Origin: Octopus vulgaris
Lineage: Eukaryota
Reading direction: 5' to 3'
Assembly: GCA_951406725.2 (NCBI GenBank)
Contig: OX597822.1
Location: 56,234,001-56,298,000, forward strand
DNA: 64,000 nucleotides
Shown here one piece after another: positions 26,908 through 39,637 of this stretch. How positions within the stretch are numbered: position 1 is the stretch's first letter; each line of letters starts with the position of its first letter. Below the pieces are notes generated by a model. The model saw nothing but the letters and a program-made list of their open reading frames with translations, searched no databases and was not told the origin of the DNA. Both the position numbers and the translations under genes were made by a program.

Positions 26908-28400
26908 GTGAGTGCGTGTGCGCACGTACGCGTATCTATGTGTTACAGATATGTGCTTGAACCTTACCCTCGTTCTTGTTCTTATATTCCTCTGTGTTTG
27001 TGTGTTGGATCACGCCGCTGGCATCGTGGTTGTTGTTGTTGTTGTTGTTGTTTGTGTTTTTATTGCGGCCGTGAGTAAAGTTCATGCATGTGTGTTTCTG
27101 TGTGTGTATAGGTTTGCTTCCTATGCTGTTTATATCTGTGCACTTTACATAGATTATTTTTGTTTGTTTACCCACGCATCTCTATCAACAAAAAATATCA
27201 GAGAGTCATGTTGATGCTACCTCTGGCGGAGAACTAGCCAGTCTTTTCAGAAAAGCATTTGATTATGTAAATCAACGGACTGAAGTAGTAGAAAGGTCTG
27301 GGTCCCCCATAAAATAACTGATCTGTAAAACTTATTCCTGCGATAGGTCCCCTTGTACGGAGAACAATTGTATAGTATGCAGGATAAACCCACAGGTTAA
27401 CTGCAAGATTAAGAAAATAGACTATAGCATACGATGTACTGAAGGACAGTGCAGAAACAAAACAACTTACATTGGGGAGACAGCAAGCAGCATAGGGGAG
27501 CGAATGGGCATAAACTGGCGGGAGCTCAAAGAGAAGAAAAGCTCGTTAGTGCTCTACGAACATGCTCAAGTAAAGAATAGAGGCTCGGTTAATAATACAG
27601 AGGTTACGGTGTTATCAACGCATAGAACTGACACGACACTTAGGCAGATTACAGAGGCTGCACCCATAGTAATAGACATACCGAGCTTCAATAGAAAATA
27701 CAAAAGGAATAATGATACCTACCATCACCATAACCTGCAACACGACAACTCATGACAGAAGGGGGTAAAAACAGATACAAACGGTATAATACACACACAA
27801 AAAGACATGCACATAGTTAGGATAAACATAAGAAACAGAGATACATAGATAAACAAACAAAAAAATCTATGTAAAGAGTACAGATACAGACAACAGAGTA
27901 AACAAGCTCATATACACACAGAAACAGACGTACAGTAAAATCACTAACGGCCACAACAATAACAAAAACCACGATGGCAGCGGCGTGAACGAACAAACAG
28001 TTACAGAGGGATACAAGAACAAGCTCGAGAGTAAGGGTCAAGTACACATGTGAATACGCGTACACACACACACACCTACACACACGCACGTACACATGCA
28101 CACGTACGCACACACAGATGCACAGAAACACACACACATACATAGTTAGTGATGCAACCGCATGCGCAAATAAGGAAACACATCATAGAAGGAGAGAATG
28201 GACTAAGCGGAGCAGGAGGAAAGTGTTGCTGAAGAGGTCACAGATGTGTGATGAAAGATTTCCGGGCAATGAAGATAAGATAGAATCACAATAAAAAAAC
28301 GAGTGAAGAACAAATATACAGTCCATGTGTCTATTTGGCAAAACAGAATCATGACCATGATTTTCTCTTGCCAAATAGACACATGAACTATATATAACTG
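26583..28400 (+). mobile_element. Old Penelope family C-like element: GIY-YIG remnant (about 27210-27750) with diverged inverted terminal arms
   Basis: About 26640-27190 is a diverged reverse complement of about 27820-28340, and each arm carries a CTGAAGA-GGTCA...GAAAG hammerhead motif. The centre encodes VDATSGGELA...YIGETASSIGER. Confidence 0.7.
28224..28268 (+). ncRNA. Degenerate hammerhead motif (inverted partner at 26737-26781)
   Basis: CUGAAGA G GUCACA-GAUG-UGUGAU GAAAG-AU-UUC. Confidence 0.55.
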
Positions 28401-28672
28401 CACCAAGAGCTGCAGTTAAATTCTGATCTTTGAGGATCTTAAAATGCCTTTTGAAGCCCCCATTAGATTTGCAGACCTTCTGGCATCATACATTGCATTG
28501 AAAGTGAAAGGTGTGCACAGACATATATATATATGTCTGTGATACAGGGAATTTTCCTTGTATTGTTTGTCCTGTACTCTGTTTTTTCGTTGTTTAAAAA
28601 AAGTCCGTTTCCTTGTTTGATTTTATGTTCCCGTCTCTCGTTGTGTTCTACGTTTATTTGTGGTGTCCTGTA

Positions 28673-28746
<74 letters not shown>

Positions 28747-28866
28747 AATGCATGTATATATACATGTAGATGTAAGTATGTACATATATGTATGTATGTA
28801 TGCATATATTTTATTTATTTATTATATTACTATATGACCGAACGCACGCGTTATTTCTCTTCTCCA

Positions 28867-28917
<51 letters not shown>

Positions 28918-29093
28918 ATAGAAATTGTAAGACAACAAAAGAATGAAAGAGACCTCGATATTATGTAAATAGAGGAATTTATCTGTAAATGTAATATGTG
29001 ACAATTATTCGGCAATTTTTCCGATGGCCGGATAACTGAAGAAACTCGGAGTTTTATCATGGCTACCGAATAATTGGCACATATTACATTTAC

Positions 29094-29157
<64 letters not shown>

Positions 29158-29159
<2 letters not shown>

Positions 29160-31469
29160 TCTCTTCTCCCGTCTGTCTTGATAGACAATGGGTCGCGCCA
29201 AGGGTGGGGCCTATTTTGATGATGAGCAGCGTCTGCTGTGACTGAACAGTCCAATTCTAGAGAGGCAGTCCCTGGTACAGTTGCTGCACACAGACATCGA
29301 TGGGTACGTGTGGGGTGTTGCTGCAGTTGTCCTCCTCCTGTCCCGCCTGTCCGACCACAGCTGTGCTCTCCTTTCCTCAGCCATGGAAACGCTTTTCCTC
29401 ACTGTCCGACGCCAGGCAGAGCGGTCAGCAGCTGTTACCTCCCACGTGTCCACACAGATGTTGGCAGTCCTCAGGTCGCGCTTGCACACATCCCTGTATC
29501 GTAGCTGTGGACGTCCCTTGGGTCGGGATCCTGTGGTGAGTTCGCTGTACAGGATGTCTTTAGGCAGACGTGTCCGAGCCAGCGCAGTCGTCTCCGCACG
29601 AGGAGGGCATGCATGCTTGGCATATTAGTCTGTTCTAGGATGACTCCGTTTGGTACTCGGTCCTTCCAGGAGATGCCAAGGATCCGTCGAAGACACCGCA
29701 TGTGGAAGCCGCTGAGGCGGCATTCTTGCCGGGTGTATGTTGTCCAGCTCTCGCTGCCGTAGAGTAGGGTGCTCAGCACGCAGGCTCGGTACACTGCGAT
29801 CTTGGTGGTTATTGTGAGCATGTTGTTTTCCCACACTCTCCTGGAGAGCTTAGCCATGGCAGCAGCAGCTTTCCCAATCCGTCTGTTCGGCTCCGGCTCG
29901 AGGGACAGGCTGCTGGAGACCGTCGATCCCAGGTAAGTGAACTCGTTCACCACCTGCAAGCTGTGGTCGCCGACACTGATGCTGGGGACCCCTCCGACGT
30001 CCTGGCCCATGATCTCTGTCTTTTTCAGGCCGATGGTAAGGCCGAACTCTTGGCAGGCATCCGCCAGGGAGCTGACCAGCCTCTGGAGACCCGGCTGGTT
30101 GTGTGATGTTAGGGCGGCATCGTCAGCAAAGAGGATCTCTCTGATCAGCACCTGACGGACTTTGGTCTTAGCTCTGAGGCGCGCAAGATTGAACAATCCA
30201 CCATCAGCCCTGGTGTGGAGGAACACTCCGTCGTCGGACGTTCTGAAGGCATAGGACAGGACAAGGGAGAAGAAAATTCCGAAGAGCGTCGGCGCCAGAA
30301 CGCAACCCTGTTTCACTCCACTCTGGATGGTGAACGACTCCGAGGGCGATCCGTCAAACTGCACTGTTCCCTGCATACCGTCGTGAAAGGAGGTGATGAG
30401 TTTCAGCAGTCTGGGAGGGCAACCTATCCTACCCAGGAGCGCAAACAGCCCCTCCCTGCTGACTGAGTCGAACGCCTTAGCCAGGTCGATGAAGGCCACG
30501 TATAGGGGCTCTCTCTGTTCTCGACTCTTTTCTTGAAGCTGCCTGAGTGAGAAGATCATGTCGATTGTAGACCTCTCTGCCCTAAAGCCAGACTGAGACT
30601 CGGGGTACACACGCTCTGCAAGCATTTGCAACCTCTTCAGGACCACCCTGGCAAATGCCTTACCGACAGTGCTGAGCAGTGATATGCCCCTGTAATTATT
30701 ACAGTCGCTTCTGTCCCCTTTGTTTTTATACAGTGTGATGATGTTTGCGTCACGCATATCTTTAGGGACAGAGCCCTCCTCCCAGCACTGACAGAGCAGC
30801 TCGTGGAGATGGCCCAGAAGGGCTGGCTTCCCGCACTGGATGACTTCTACGGGGATGACGTCTTGCTCTGTTGCCTTGCCCCGAGCGAGTGAGTCAATTG
30901 CTTTGCTCAGTTCTTCCTTTGTTGGAGGCAGGTCAAGCTCCTCCATGACAGGCAGAGCAGGAATGCCGGCGAGGGCAGACCTGTTGACCACATTCTCAGT
31001 GGAGTAGAGGTTCTGGTAATGCTCGACCCACCTCTCCATCTGCTTCGCTTGGTCCTTGATGACCTCGCCATCCCTGGACTTCAGTGGAGCAACCTTGCTG
31101 ACAGTGGGCCCGAATGCTTTCTTCATCCCCTCGTACATCCCTTTCACGTTACCACTGTCGGCACAGCACTGGATGTTCTGGCATAAGTTCTGCCAGTAGA
31201 TGTTGGCGCAACGTCTGGCCGTCCTCTGGGCGTCGCTTCTGGCTGTTCTCAGAGTAGCCAGGTTTTTTTCTGATGGGTCGCGCTTATAGTTGACCAGTGC
31301 TTCCCTCTTGGCAGCAATGACAGGCTCCATCTCAGACAGGTGAGCTTCAAACCAGTCTTGATTTCTCCGCTCCCTCTTTCCTAGGGATGACATGGCTATT
31401 CTGCAAGTGGTGTCGCGAATAAGCTGCCATCTCTCCTCGATGGACGTGGCTGCGTGATCTTTAAGGGCC
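29158..31469 (-). mobile_element. RTE-clade (BovB-like) LINE, 5'-truncated, between (TA)n tracts
   Basis: ORF 29471-31393 has KGDRSDCNNYRGISLLS, FIDLAKAFDSV, GVKQGCVLAPTLF, LFADD, FTYLGS. A small deletion after WLGHV shifts the frame. The C-terminal C..C......RIGLFSHSRRC motif is in ORF 29211-29489. Confidence 0.92.
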
Positions 31470-31532
31470 TATATATATATAATGATAAATCTCAGAGCGA
31501 TATATATATATATATTATATATATATATATAT

Positions 31533-32261
31533 AATGATAAATCTCAGAGCGAGTTATAAACAGTAGCGGCAACACATCGTGACGTATATTTGCCATTTGA
31601 ATATGGCTAACCCCTAAGGGTGGATGCTACTGTAGTTTGTAGCCCCAGGAAGACACCTCCTCCAGCTGGCTATAGACACACTTTCTGTGCCCTATCAGTA
31701 TTTGTGAAGGGAAGCCATCTTTCCCGTCTTCAACTTATGATACACACGGACTCGAGTTTCAGGGTATTGACCCATCATCGGCGTGTGACAATCATAGTTG
31801 TCGACGAGAAGTCAGTTCCCCTCACAAATACATATACTTTTTCCAGTATCGATTGACACTGATATTGAAAAAGTGAAATCAAACAATGATAAATCTCAGA
31901 GCGAGTTATAAACAGTAGCAGCAACACATCGTGACGTATATTTGCCATTTGAATATGGCTAACCCCTAAGGGTGGAGTCCGTGTGTATCATAAGTTAAAG
32001 ACGGTGTAACAGTTATAAAAATCATAGATTAATGCAATTTTAGTATATTATAATTACATATATAATAAGCTGACTTATAAATACATGCACGCACACAAAC
32101 ACACACACACACACACGCACACAAATACTTCACAAATACTGATAGAGCACAGAAAGTGTGTCTATAGCCAGCTGGAGGAGGTGTCTTCCTGTGGCTACAA
32201 ACTACAGTGGCATCCACCCTTAGGGGTTAGCCATATTCAAATGGCAAATATACGTCACGAT
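31533..32261. mobile_element. Non-coding retrozyme-like element (352-bp unit) in (TA)n
   Basis: Direct repeat starts at 31533 and 31885. Inverted arm 31975-32261. Hammerhead at 31743-31787. Confidence 0.8.
31743..31787 (-). ncRNA. Minimal type-I hammerhead motif, C4 variant
   Basis: CACACG CCGAUGA U-GGGU-CAAU-ACCC-U GAAAC-UCGA-GUC CGUGUG; palindromic ACUCGAGU. Confidence 0.8.
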
Positions 32262-32482
32262 ATATATATATATACAAAGGGAGATAGGGAAATAGAGAGA
32301 AAGAGAGGAATATGTACATACATAATTTGTTATAAATGCACATATATGCGTGCACCTACATATACTCATATATTTTGGAAATAGCAAAGCGACCAGTACT
32401 CAAAGTATGTATATAATCTATATTTGTGTGCCTAAAGAGGAATATTGAGCTAGAGAAATTTAGTATGTAGAAATATAAATAC

Positions 32483-32560
32483 CTTGCTTTTCCTACCGCA
32501 TTAACTCATTCACGTCTCTCAGTGCTGTATAAACTGCTTCAGCTGTCACGACAAATACCA
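32483..32560 (-). other. Putative non-coding first exon of paralogue A (5' boundary approximate)
   Basis: Unique sequence homologous to 61073-61150. Both copies end in a conserved donor aag|gtattt. The acceptor just upstream of the ATG requires an upstream exon. A TATAAA lies on the minus strand at 32568-32573. Confidence 0.55.
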
Positions 32561-33348
32561 ATATATGTTTATATTTAGATATGTATAAAGTACTAGTGTG
32601 CGTGACACAACGTTAATGTGTATGTGTTTTTTTGTTTTTCTGTGGGTGACACTATATATGTGTATGCTTTTATTAGTTCGTAATATATTTGTATGTTTAC
32701 GTGTATGTGAACTTGTATGAGAAATTGAGCGCATACGTGAGAGGGGCGAAAGAGACAGAGAGGCATGTAATTAAAGAGAGAAAGAGAGAGCCATATAGAG
32801 TGACAAATAGACATAAAAGTCAGTGTAAAAGAGAAAGAGAATATTTGAATAATACAATACAGGTGTGTTAGTGAGTAGTTATATTATTACTTACCTATTC
32901 TTAACATAATACTACGGTTAACCAATAGAAAACAAGATTTTCCACTTCATGGTGAGACTACAATGTGATTTAACAACACAAATAATTAATTTTATTATCT
33001 CTACTTCTATTATCAATCATTATCATCCCTTTAGCTCTATAGTCTTTTTTGTTTTTGGTACGCAAGTAATTTTATAAATATTTAGCAGCCTCTCATAATT
33101 TCCCAGCTTTAAATAATAGTTTAAATTGTCAGGATCGTTTTCTCCAGCCATCATTTCTTATTCATTTTCCACTCATTGTTTTGTATCTTACTTCGGATGA
33201 AGAACTGGCGTTCCAAAAGTCGAAGTTTTTCTCTTCTTTCCAAGTGTTAAGCATTTATCAAAATTTCTCCCTTCTGAGATGACTTCTTTTTACATTGCTT
33301 TTCAATACGTAACATGCATATATACATTTAAATAAATGCAAATATATG

Positions 33349-33424
<76 letters not shown>

Positions 33425-33823
33425 TATACACATATATACATACATATACATAGATACAACGTGATTTCCAGAAGTTTTGAGACTTTTAGGTGTAACAGTT
33501 ATAAAAATCATAGATTAATGCAATTTTAGTATATTATAATTACATATATAATAAGCTGACTTATAAATACATGCACGCACACAAACACACACACACACAC
33601 ACGCACATACACACACACACACACACACACAAACACATATATATGATATGTCCCGCATTATGGCAACGTATCTTCGTCGTCTGAGTGACTGGCCCGAACA
33701 ACGTACCTCACTGACTGTATTTCTTTATTGCTTATTAGGGCATTCAGAGAGGGGACAAACAAAGACAGGTAAGACAGCACAAGTGGGGACAATTTAAGGT
33801 TGTGACCTTCCTTCTCAAGTGGT

Positions 33824-34044
33824 TTACTCTTTTACTTCTTTACACTTTTACATATTTCAGTCGTTTGACTGCGGCCATGCTGGACCACCGCCTTTAGTCG
33901 AGCAAATCAACACCAGAACTTATTCTTTATAAGCCTAGCACTTATTCTATCGGTGTCTTTTGCCGAACAGCTAAGTTAAGGGGACGTAAACACAACACCA
34001 TCGGTTGTCAAGCGATGTTGGAGGGGACAAGCACAGACACACAA

Positions 34045-34094
<50 letters not shown>

Positions 34095-34256
34095 GGCGGG
34101 CTTCTTTCAGTTTCCGTCTGTCAAGTCCTCTGACAAGACTTTGGTCGGCCCGAGGCTATAGCAGAAGACACTTGCCGAAGGTGCCACGCAGTGGGACTGA
34201 ACCCGGAACTATGTGGTTGGTAAGGAAGCTACTTACCACACAGCCACTCCTGCGCC
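33824..34256 (-). mobile_element. tRNA-derived SINE, full length (fragments also near 9500-9660, 21316-21470, 56245-56430)
   Basis: Reverse-complement similarity to 35695-36183 along its length. Confidence 0.85.
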
Positions 34257-35694
34257 TATAATCTACTTACGACACAGCCCCTCCTGCGCGTATTACCGCA
34301 TTCTTTCAGCTTTCTTGGCTCAATTTTAACTTTACAAACTTCCTGTTCCTCTGCCAGTTGCAAGCGCATAACTGTGGCTCTTTGCTGATCCAGTTTCCAT
34401 TTCACTTCTTCTCTCCGGCTCTCCCATAAATGGGAAGAAAAAAAAACATTGTTCAACAAAAATTCGTCAGTAGAAACAGCAATTTCAACAGGAAACAAAA
34501 CGAAGGGAGACCTTTAACAATTAACAATATCACCACTTACTTCAACGTAACCAAAAATATCATACATCCATGACCAAAAAATGCGTCGGGGACTGTAATT
34601 CTTTTTATTTGTCATCTAGTTCATGACACAGGTGGGACAGCACAAAGGCAGACAGATCACCACAGTGAGGACCAAAAACATAAAACAAATAAGAAATGGA
34701 AAAATGTACAATGAAATCGATGGTGACGAAATGGTTACATGCGCCCCACTCACATTCAATACCATTTGAACGTTCTTACTTTCAGTTTGTAATCTTTTCT
34801 TTTTTCCTTAATTTTTCACTATTAGCATCATTTTGTTTACTCTTCTTTTCTTCTGTTTTTAAAACCATCGAACTCATCGATGTTCAATTTGACACTTTTC
34901 CTTCGACGATTAGAATAGCTTTTACGCTTTCACCTTATATCTCCTTGGGCAACTTAACCCTTATAGTGCATTTAGGCTTCGTTATCACTCTTTCGGTATG
35001 TATGCTTTTAGTTTATGTCACGAAATTCCAGCTATGTTTTCTTTGTCTTATTCTTTGTTTCCCATGTTTCAATCTTGGCGCAACCACCTCTGTTCTGGTT
35101 AGTGTCGCAGTTTCTTCTCTTTGCTGTCCAAAAAGGCTCTCTAGTATGCTTGCTTCAGTTTCCTCCCCTCAATAACCTCCTTTCCAACTCTCTTTACAAC
35201 TTCCTTTTCAACCACCTTTACGACTTCCTTCTCCACCTCTTTTTCTGCTTCAATTTTCTTTTTCTGTCATATACACGTTATATCACATCTAGAAGGATAT
35301 GGCTTTGCTATCAACGAACAGGTAGTAGCTACTAAACACTTGATAAAAAAGAGAGACGAACATACCAGTAAATCTCTAGTTGCGATAAGTAATTTCAGCT
35401 CTATTAAACCAGCGGGGAGGATATCACCCACATTCTCAACACCAGCCCAAAATGTCTACGGATATTACCTTCCCCTCAGGCATATATTTAAAGAATATTT
35501 AAAACGCTATCCGCAGCATATATTGCTACCTTTAAGCCAAGGAATGCTTGTGGAACGCTCTAATAAAACAAATGCAATTCGCGTAAACATAACAGATCTG
35601 ACATTGTTTCGACAGGGAACAAAAGCCATGTCCTGCTGTAGAGGCGAGCTGTCCAACAGAATGTATCACAAAAGTCTAGGAAAAAGATAACATA

Positions 35695-35916
35695 GGCGTA
35701 GGAGTGGCTGTGTGGTAAGTAGCTTGCTTACCAACCACATGGTTCCGGATTCCGTCCCACTGCGTAGCACCTTGGGTAAGTGTCTTCTACTATAGCCTCG
35801 GGCCGACCAAAGCCTTGTGAATGGATTTGGTAGGCGGAAACTGAGAGAAGCCCGTCGTATATATGTATGTATATATATATGTCTGTGTATGTGTGTGTGC
35901 GTGTGTATGTGTGTGC

Positions 35917-35966
<50 letters not shown>

Positions 35967-36183
35967 GTGTGCTTGCGTGTCTGTGTTTGTGCCCCTAACA
36001 TCGCTTGACAACCGATGGTGGTGTGTTTACGTTCCCGTAACTTAGCGGTTCGGCAAAATAGACCGATAGAATAAGTACTAAACTTACGAAGAATAAGTCC
36101 TGAGGTCGATTTGCTCGACTAAAGGCGGTGGTCCAGCATGGCCGCAGTCAAATTACTGAAACAAGTAAAAGCTTAAGAGTAAG
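35695..36183 (+). mobile_element. tRNA-derived SINE, full length, with internal (TG)n
   Basis: Head GGCGTAGGAGTGGCTGTGTGGTAAG...GGTTCCGGATTCCGTCCC with A/B-box-like motifs. Same family as 33824-34256. Confidence 0.85.
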
Positions 36184-36369
36184 TAGAACCTGATATTTCT
36201 GGGTGTGTATCCACCGCACAGCCAGCACACTAAATCAACAACATATTTACAAATACCACGAGCTTACTTCACTCAAGAAATATTTTCGCTCCGTGAGCGA
36301 CCGGTTTAACCTATTTTATGAAGATAAATAAAACTTACACATACACACACACACATACACACAAATATG

Positions 36370-36431
<62 letters not shown>

Positions 36432-36500
36432 TGAACGTGTGTGTGTGTGTTTATGCATATTTGTGTCTTTGTGTATATTTCTATGTACAGCTGCATCCAG

Positions 36501-36550
<50 letters not shown>

Positions 36551-37233
36551 CTGGATGCAGCTGTACATCGTTAACCAGCTAGAAGAGATGTCCTCTTGGG
36601 AGTAAAAAATCGCAGCAGAACTCGATCGAACGGACAGCCATTTTAAAATGGCTACAAATATTACTTATAGATAGATGCATGTATGTGTATAGACCCGTGG
36701 ATATATGATAACGGTCAACAGATAAACTTATTGAAAAAAAAACAGGAAAGTTACCTGGACAAGAACGTTCCAACAGCCGCATACATTGTACATAGATGTC
36801 TCCTTGTTCTCCATTTTTAGTTTCTTGTCAAATAAAAAATATTTCTGGTTTTGGGGTGTGAACTTTGACCATGGTTCATTGGAGCAACCTGAACAATGTC
36901 CATTATTAGGATTACTAGAGAAAAGAAAAAAGGTACTATTTTATGCAATGAATGGAAATGTGTTATTAGAATAGAACGTCAGACAAGTTATCGAGCAGTA
37001 AGTGTTTAAGGGCTTTTATATTCTGAGTTTAAAATATTGTCGTGGTTAACTGTTCCTGTTGTTCTTTCTTTATCGGCAACATAAAGTATCATTTAAAGGG
37101 AAGGATTTTATAGTTCGATCTCACTTCTACATGTTTTTCTTGGGTGGCCGCATCGACGCTGGGGAAGTGGAGAAATCTGCTGTTCTAAATGTGGTTGGGG
37201 AGGGGTTTATGTTGCTTTAGTTGATGCAAGGAA

Positions 37234-37436
37234 CGATGGATAACTTCCAGAAATCCCAGACCTGGCACTGCTACCGGAGGGCGCTACCGGTTCGAGATAA
37301 GACCTACAGGCACGGATCTGCAGTCAGTCGGGATTGTCCGAGATGCAAGCGGAGCGATGAAACCGTTCCGCATGCTCTCGTACAGTGCCTGTGCATTGCT
37401 GACTTGCGAAGATTTGTCGAACAGTTATTGTCACGT
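37234..37436 (+). mobile_element. Tx1/L1-type LINE fragment (zinc-binding C-terminal region)
   Basis: W..YRRALPVRDK......CPRCKRSDETVPHALVQC motif. Confidence 0.65.
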
Positions 37437-37444
37437 GTGTGTGA

Positions 37445-39163
37445 TGAATGCGGTGAATGAAATATTGTATGTGTCTCTTTAACTCTGTGGGCTCGCACAT
37501 GCGTGACACATTTCTCATTATTCTGACGAGGTCTGCCATCAAAATATTGAATTTGGCATTGTCCGCAATGGCTGAGTTCCGGTGGATCAAGTATTTTGAG
37601 GTCATAGGTTTGGCATAGTATGAATGAAGGATTTGGGTTTTATTATTCACAATTTCTAGCCAGAGTTCAGTGTCTAGTACTTGTAGTCTATGGTTGGGGT
37701 GTTTAGTGGGGTAGTCTATTGTGACCTTAATACTCTGGTGGATGGAGTTAGCTATTTGCTGGATGCTCTCCATAGTATTAGTTTCTATTACTATATCAAC
37801 ATTACTCTCTTGTGGGGGTGCCTTTACCACTATGTTGATATCATCAACATAGCGAGAGTCCATGTTTACGAGTATGGAGTTCTGTGTTAGGCGTTCTTTA
37901 AGCCTTCTGTCCCACCATACCATGAAAAGGTTGGCCACATCACCAGCGATACTGACGCCGATGGCTGCCCCCTCGTCCTGGGCATATATTTTATTATTAA
38001 ACTTAAACGTGTGGCCTTTTAGGGTAACTGTTATACTACCTCCTAGTGCATGCGCGATCATTTTCTTTATTTGATGGACATTTGCGGGGTTCCGTATGGC
38101 TCTGGTCCATCCGCGCCATCTTTCTATATGTGTCTTCCTAGCCATAGAAGTAATTGTGGGCGGTCTACCTCTTAAACATCTACTGGGGCAGAAACTACTA
38201 AGATTATGTTTATCTAAGTATTCATTATTACATGTCAGTCTAAGTAAGAGGCTCAGTTCTTCTGTGTTGACATTATGGAAGTCCACCATATGGAAGCACA
38301 GTTCACTATAGCTAGGACCAAACTTAGACAGATTTTAGGATTATACACTAAGAGACAGAGACAGAATAAGACAGAGGCCCAACAACTCGGGATTAAGCCT
38401 GCATGTGGCCTACATAAGCTCATTCAGCGCACGAGGAACGGAGAGGTGGTATGCCTTCCCACAGATAAGTCAGGCAGGATGTCAATAGGCAGCTTACCGA
38501 ACTACATCCAGGCAATGCAACCTCATATAGCCAATACAAAAATAACAACTGTACAGGCACATGAGGAGAGAGAAAAGGTCCTCAACGCCCACATGATGAT
38601 GTGGACAATTGTTCTGGGACCCCAGAAACGTACAGCAAATAATTTCCAGCCTGGAACAATGATATCCCGGCACTGTATGGACTTCGCAAGGACCATGAAG
38701 TAATTACTGACCCTATAGCAGGACCACCAACAAGACCAGTCTGTGGAGCGAATATCGCTAGCAATTACAGAATCTCCTACTTCCTCTCAATGATCATACG
38801 CCCTATAATCCGGATGTCACCTGATGTATGTGACAGCACAGAAGATCTCCTCAGCACTGTAACAGCACTTGTGACCTGACAGGATGTATGGTGGGTAGCA
38901 TGGATGTGGTATCCCTATACCCATCGATCGACGTAGATTTTGCGGTGGAGAAGTGCGAGGAGATGATCAATGAGAGCCAGGTGGAGTTCCGTAATGTCAA
39001 CACAGAAGAACTGAGCCTCCTACTTAGGCTGACATGTAATAATGAGTACTTAGATAAACATAATCTTAGTAGTTTCTGCCCCAGTAGATGTTTAAGAGGT
39101 AGACCGCCCACAATTACTTCTATGGCTAGGAAGACACATATAGAAAGATGGCGCGGATGGACC
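37445..39163. mobile_element. Penelope family C RT fragments in head-to-head inverted arrangement
   Basis: The - arm (37445-38287) has GAAIG, SRYVDD, VLDTELW, YYAKPM. The + arm (38290-39163) has PTDKSG, SMDVVSLYPSID. 38105-38287 is the reverse complement of about 38980-39163. Confidence 0.8.
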
Positions 39164-39318
39164 AGTTCCCGTGAGATGCCCCTCAGTGTCGCCAGCTTCC
39201 GCAGTAGCGGCTCGAGAGTCAATACATACAGAAGCGCCGACAGGGGACACCTCTGACGGACCGAATGCGTGATGTCAAATGGTTTCGACAGGTGGCCGTT
39301 CACCCGAATCACCGATCG
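39164..39318 (-). mobile_element. Tx1/L1-type RT fragment next to (GATA)n
   Basis: IRVNGHLSKPFDITHSVRQRCPLSALLYVLTLEPL resembles the RT GVRQGCPLS motif. A further 66-bp piece (HPLKGGLGMP) is at 39489-39554. Confidence 0.65.
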
Positions 39319-39429
<111 letters not shown>

Positions 39430-39552
39430 GGATTGTGGGTTATTATTTAAGTTTTCTTTTTCTGTGCATTTTTGATTGGATGAACAATCTCAGCGCGTGT
39501 CTGCGCATCATCAACGGCATACCCAGTCCTCCTTTTAACGGGTGTTGACAGC

Positions 39553-39637
<85 letters not shown>

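Noticed and set aside
34260-35690. Lys/Arg/Glu-rich broken frames, possible LINE ORF1 remnant
   Set aside because: Multiple stops and no diagnostic motif; too weak to call.
35695-35770. tRNA gene
   Set aside because: It is the head of a SINE, continuous with a repeated SINE body; no intact cloverleaf.
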